Source of the DNA: an uncultured Candidatus Saccharibacteria bacterium
Lineage (GTDB): Bacteria > Patescibacteriota > Minisyncoccia > 2-02-FULL-40-12 > GWA2-44-9
Length of the DNA: 64,000 bases
Assembly (NCBI GenBank): GCA_964356795.1
Contig: CAYHIK010000002.1
Coordinates: 26,600-90,599, forward strand
Reading direction: 5' to 3'
In this document: one piece after another, positions 60,441 to 64,000 of the stretch
Layout: each line of letters opens with the position of its first letter
How positions within the stretch are numbered: the first letter of the stretch is position 1
Made by a program: the position numbers and the translations under genes
The notes under the pieces: generated by a model
Told to the model about the DNA's origin: nothing
What the model saw: the letters and a program-made list of their open reading frames with translations, nothing else
Database searches by the model: none

Positions 60441-61526
60441 TTAGTCTCGAAGCTGACGCCCAGTTAAGCGAAGGAATACATCTTCAAGTGTTGAGCGCTT
60501 CAGCATTAAACCATCGATGGGAAAGCCCTCTGAGCGACTCATAGCGAATAATGCATCAAGTGTATGGCGCGGATCCGCAGTTGCGACCACATGCGACCCC
60601 GCATCGAAGCGAGTAGATTCAACGCCAGCAAGAGATGCGAGTTGCTCCGCTGGGATTTCCGCATTACTAGTGAACTCAATATGGGCGGAACCACCGTGAT
60701 TCTCCAGGAGCGCTGACGTTGTATCGAGTGCCACGATGTGCGCGTGGTCCATCACCGCGATACGATCGCAAAGATATTCGGCTTCGTCCATGTAGTGCGT
60801 CGTAAGCACCACCGTGGTGCCTCGTGCATTAATGTGTCGAACAAGGTCCCATAGATTTCGACGGGCTTGTGGATCGAGCCCCGTTGTGGGCTCATCGAGG
60901 AATAGCACCACCGGGTCATTCACAAGTCCAACTGCTATGGAGAATCGCTGTTTTTGTCCTCCTGATAGTTCTTTGATTTGCTGATGCGCCTTCTCCGTAA
61001 GCTGAACCTCATTGAGGAGTTCCATTGCATCTACCGTTCTTCCATAGAGCGCACCAAACATTTCGAGTGTTTCCAGAAGCGTCAATCCATCAAAAAATGT
61101 CGAAGCCTGAGGTTGAACTCCGATAATATGCTTCACCGCCTGTGTATCGGTTTGCACGTTGAGTCCATTGATGCTTATTTCGCCCGACGTAGGACGGCGA
61201 AGCCCCTCAATCATCTCAAGCGTAGTCGTCTTTCCGGCGCCGTTGGGTCCAAGAATTCCAAACACCTCACCACGACGCACCGTGAATGAAATGCCATCCA
61301 CCGCGGTAAAGTCGCCATATCGCTTCGTAAGATTGGTAACCGAAATAACATCGGACTGCGCCTCTTTTTCTGGACTTACATTAGCATCGCTTCGATGAAG
61401 CGCAGCCGCAACATGTTCCGTCGTCCACCCAGATGCGCTGAGTGCATCTGCGACTTGCGTGAGCGACATGCCCGCGGCTTGTGCGGACGAGAGAAATACA
61501 GAGAGTTGATCTGACAGGGTTTGCAT
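60441..61526 (-). CDS. ABC-2 type exporter ATP-binding protein
   Basis: GPNGAGKTT, LSGGQKQR, LDEPTTGLDP, TTHYMDEAE and TLEDVF motifs. Confidence 0.95.
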   Translation of the reverse strand: MQTLSDQLSVFLSSAQAAGMSLTQVADALSASGWTTEHVAAALHRSDANVSPEKEAQSDVISVTNLTKRYGDFTAVDGISFTVRRGEVFGILGPNGAGKTTTLEMIEGLRRPTSGEISINGLNVQTDTQAVKHIIGVQPQASTFFDGLTLLETLEMFGALYGRTVDAMELLNEVQLTEKAHQQIKELSGGQKQRFSIAVGLVNDPVVLFLDEPTTGLDPQARRNLWDLVRHINARGTTVVLTTHYMDEAEYLCDRIAVMDHAHIVALDTTSALLENHGGSAHIEFTSNAEIPAEQLASLAGVESTRFDAGSHVVATADPRHTLDALFAMSRSEGFPIDGLMLKRSTLEDVFLRLTGRQLRD

Positions 61527-61592
61527 AGCGATATATTATAATACAATACTTGCTTTTATGCAAGTATTGTATGCGCGTACCCATCGAGGATC

Positions 61593-61913
61593 CTAGCGGC
61601 CCCTCGCAGATGGGCAGGGCGCGAATTCACAACGCGGTCCCACGCGACCGACATAAGAGCCATCAGGGCACATCTTGGCGTCTGCGGTGCACGCAACGCC
61701 GTCGACTGGAGGGTACGGCGCGTCCGTATCCTGCGCTCTCCAAATCCAAAAAATATATATAACGCTTACTCCGCACAGAATCAAAATGATTGTCCGCCAC
61801 CTCTTGAAGAGCGCTGGTGCATACGAGCCAATAAGAATGCCGATACCAATAAGCCCAATCTTCAATATCGCCAACTGCCACCAGAGAAATGTAACAGGTT
61901 CGAGTATATTCAT
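61593..61913 (-). CDS. Small membrane protein with a Cys-rich C-terminal motif
   Basis: Two TMs, then ACTADAKMCPDGSYVGRVGPRCEFAPCP, a motif common in CPR proteins. Confidence 0.7.
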   Translation of the reverse strand: MNILEPVTFLWWQLAILKIGLIGIGILIGSYAPALFKRWRTIILILCGVSVIYIFWIWRAQDTDAPYPPVDGVACTADAKMCPDGSYVGRVGPRCEFAPCPSARGR

Positions 61914-61949
61914 AAAAGAAGGAGTAAGTTTATACGCTGGCGTAATGTG

Positions 61950-64000
61950 TTATTCAGTACGCTCTGCCGCTGGAGTATCGGCATGCACCGCAGATTCAAC
62001 ATTTAATTGAGGCCCACCGACGACCGAACCCTCGCGCGTCACGAAGACCGTACGAGGCTTGGCGCCATCCCCCGGCCCAATGACGCCCTTTGATTCTAGG
62101 ATATCGAGCATGCGAGCTGCACGCGCGTACCCAAGCCCCATACGACGCTGAAGCAGGGACGCCGAGGCCTTCTGAAGTTCAATGACGAGATTCTTTGCCT
62201 CTTCATAGCGCTCATCATCAACATCATCATCTCCGCCGCCATTCAACCCCATACCCATGCCAGGAGCACCCGCGGGCTTATCAAACGACTCTGCGAGTTG
62301 ATCTGTTTCCGATTCAAGACCAACCTCTTCCGCCTGAGTCTTGATAAACTTCACGACTTCTTCGATTTCATGCGTTGCAACAAACGGCCCCTGCAGACGT
62401 CGTGGCTGTGCGGTGTCGGAGCCTACAAACAACATATCTCCATTTCCAAGCAAGGTCTCGGCTCCGTTGGTGTCGAGAATAATACGCGAGTTCAGCTGGT
62501 TCGCCACGCGAAGCGCGACGCGGGCGTTAACATTTGCCTTGATAAGACCCGTGAGCACGGAAACCTCGGGGCGTTGCGTAGCAAGAATCAAGTGGATACC
62601 AACAGCGCGGGCCATCTGCGCCAACCGCACAATGGCAGGCTCCACTTCTTTGCCGAACGTCTTCATCAAGTCCGCCATTTCGTCAATAACCACAACGATG
62701 TACGGCATAATGGGGTGGTCCTTCTTGGTTGCCCATTCATTGAATGACACAACATCGCGAACCTTCGCCTCTGAAAGTCGTGCGTAGCGTTGGTCCATCT
62801 CCATCACCAACTGCTTCAGTACGGGCGGAACTTTCTTATTTTCAGTAATCACCGGCTTCAACAGGTGTGGAATACCATCGTAGAGCGGGAGCTCAACACG
62901 CTTCGGGTCTACCATGATGAATCGCAGCAACTCTGGTCCGTACTTGTAGAGCATCGAGAGGATGATGTCGTGAATGGTGACTGATTTACCAGAACCAGTC
63001 TGACCTGCGATAAGGATGTGCGGCATCTTATCGAGCCCCGAAAATACTGCCTCGCCAGATACGTCGCGCCCCAGCGCGAGTGGCAACATAAACTTGCTCT
63101 TGCGATACTCCTCACTCTCAAGCATCGAGCGCATACCCACCAATGAAACTTTCTTATTTGGAACCTCGATACCGACAAGCGACTTTCCAGGAATAGGAGC
63201 TTCGATACGAATAGGGTGTGCTGCAAGCGCAAGCGACAAATCGCTTGCAAGCGTTGTGATGCGAGAAAGCTTCACGCCGATCGCGGGACGCATCGTGTAC
63301 TGGGTAACGGTTGGACCAACCGACACCTCGCCCATCTCAACTTCAATTCCAAAGTTCGCAAGCGTGCGCTTGATAATTCCTGCGGAGGCATTGATGTCGC
63401 CACTGGATGCGTGATCTTGGTCTGCGGATAAAAATTCCGTGGGAGGAAGCCGCCAGTTCGCGGACTTCATCGCTCGAATCACGAACTCGCTCTGCTTCAC
63501 TTCTTCTTTTGGCTTCGACGGAGCGAGAGCCGCAACCGCCTTTTCTTCGATGGGTTTGCCACCAGACTTCACCACGAGCTTCTCAATGTCGCGCTCCTTC
63601 ATCACCTCTTCGTGCGCTTTATCATCCTCCTCGCTCGAGCGCATGAAGAGCTGATAGATAGGCACATCGAGCGCCAAGAGAACAGAGACAACCACAAACG
63701 CGCCTAAAATAACCATCGTCGCCCAAAAGCCAACGAAGCTGAGAAGTGGCCACCCAAGGGCAACACCAAGATAGCCGCCTTGAATGATTCTGCCTGCTGG
63801 ATCAGTCTCGCCAACACTATAGAATACTCCCAACACAGAAAGTACGAATAAGAGCGTGCCGAGTATTGCGGAAAGCGCCACCTTCCGATGAATCGACTTA
63901 ATAAATGCCACGCCGAGCATGGCAAACGCAACGGGTATGATAAAGAATCCCCAGCCAAACAAACTCCGCGCTGTCATATCGAAGTACACCCCTGCAGTAC
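61950..64000 (-). CDS. ftsK: DNA translocase FtsK (5' partial)
   Basis: GPTVTQY, PHILIAGQTGSGKS, DPKRVEL, IDEMADLM, ATQRP and a gamma domain SLLQRR...GYARAAR; frame open to the window edge. Confidence 0.97.
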   Translation of the reverse strand, partial: TAGVYFDMTARSLFGWGFFIIPVAFAMLGVAFIKSIHRKVALSAILGTLLFVLSVLGVFYSVGETDPAGRIIQGGYLGVALGWPLLSFVGFWATMVILGAFVVVSVLLALDVPIYQLFMRSSEEDDKAHEEVMKERDIEKLVVKSGGKPIEEKAVAALAPSKPKEEVKQSEFVIRAMKSANWRLPPTEFLSADQDHASSGDINASAGIIKRTLANFGIEVEMGEVSVGPTVTQYTMRPAIGVKLSRITTLASDLSLALAAHPIRIEAPIPGKSLVGIEVPNKKVSLVGMRSMLESEEYRKSKFMLPLALGRDVSGEAVFSGLDKMPHILIAGQTGSGKSVTIHDIILSMLYKYGPELLRFIMVDPKRVELPLYDGIPHLLKPVITENKKVPPVLKQLVMEMDQRYARLSEAKVRDVVSFNEWATKKDHPIMPYIVVVIDEMADLMKTFGKEVEPAIVRLAQMARAVGIHLILATQRPEVSVLTGLIKANVNARVALRVANQLNSRIILDTNGAETLLGNGDMLFVGSDTAQPRRLQGPFVATHEIEEVVKFIKTQAEEVGLESETDQLAESFDKPAGAPGMGMGLNGGGDDDVDDERYEEAKNLVIELQKASASLLQRRMGLGYARAARMLDILESKGVIGPGDGAKPRTVFVTREGSVVGGPQLNVESAVHADTPAAERTE

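Overview
This is a gene-dense chromosomal segment, most likely from a Patescibacteria (CPR, Parcubacteria-like) genome using genetic code 11. That placement is inferred from protein styles: Lys-rich RpoD leader, extended RNase J, short UvrC, a C39 peptidase and a CPDGSYVGR motif. Core genes include murJ, tdk, rpoD-dnaG, a DEAD-box helicase, murD-htpX-lemA, pyrG, groES-groEL with a CIRCE, uvrC-secG, rnj, trpS, ychF-rpsF-ssb-rpsR, recA and ftsK. There are three tRNAs (Asn, Ser, Leu). Many self-contained accessory cassettes lie between the core genes. The most notable items are: (1) a GC-rich five-gene island beside recA encoding a coiled-coil protein, a membrane-anchored PspA-like protein, a solute-binding/OmpA fusion and a TauT-type ABC permease and ATPase; (2) an orphan gene whose 3' end resembles a diversity-generating retroelement (DGR) variable region; (3) a ~110-nt element in two copies with compensatory stem changes; (4) a candidate stand-alone ncRNA; (5) a tRNA-Asn insertion site with duplicated sequences and an AT-rich Cache-cohesin gene apparently broken at a T8 tract; (6) a 996-aa Cys/Asp-repeat surface zincin; (7) diderm-style envelope genes. 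I found no CRISPR array, integrase, transposase, reverse transcriptase or rRNA. All family calls come from reading motifs by eye, not from database searches.
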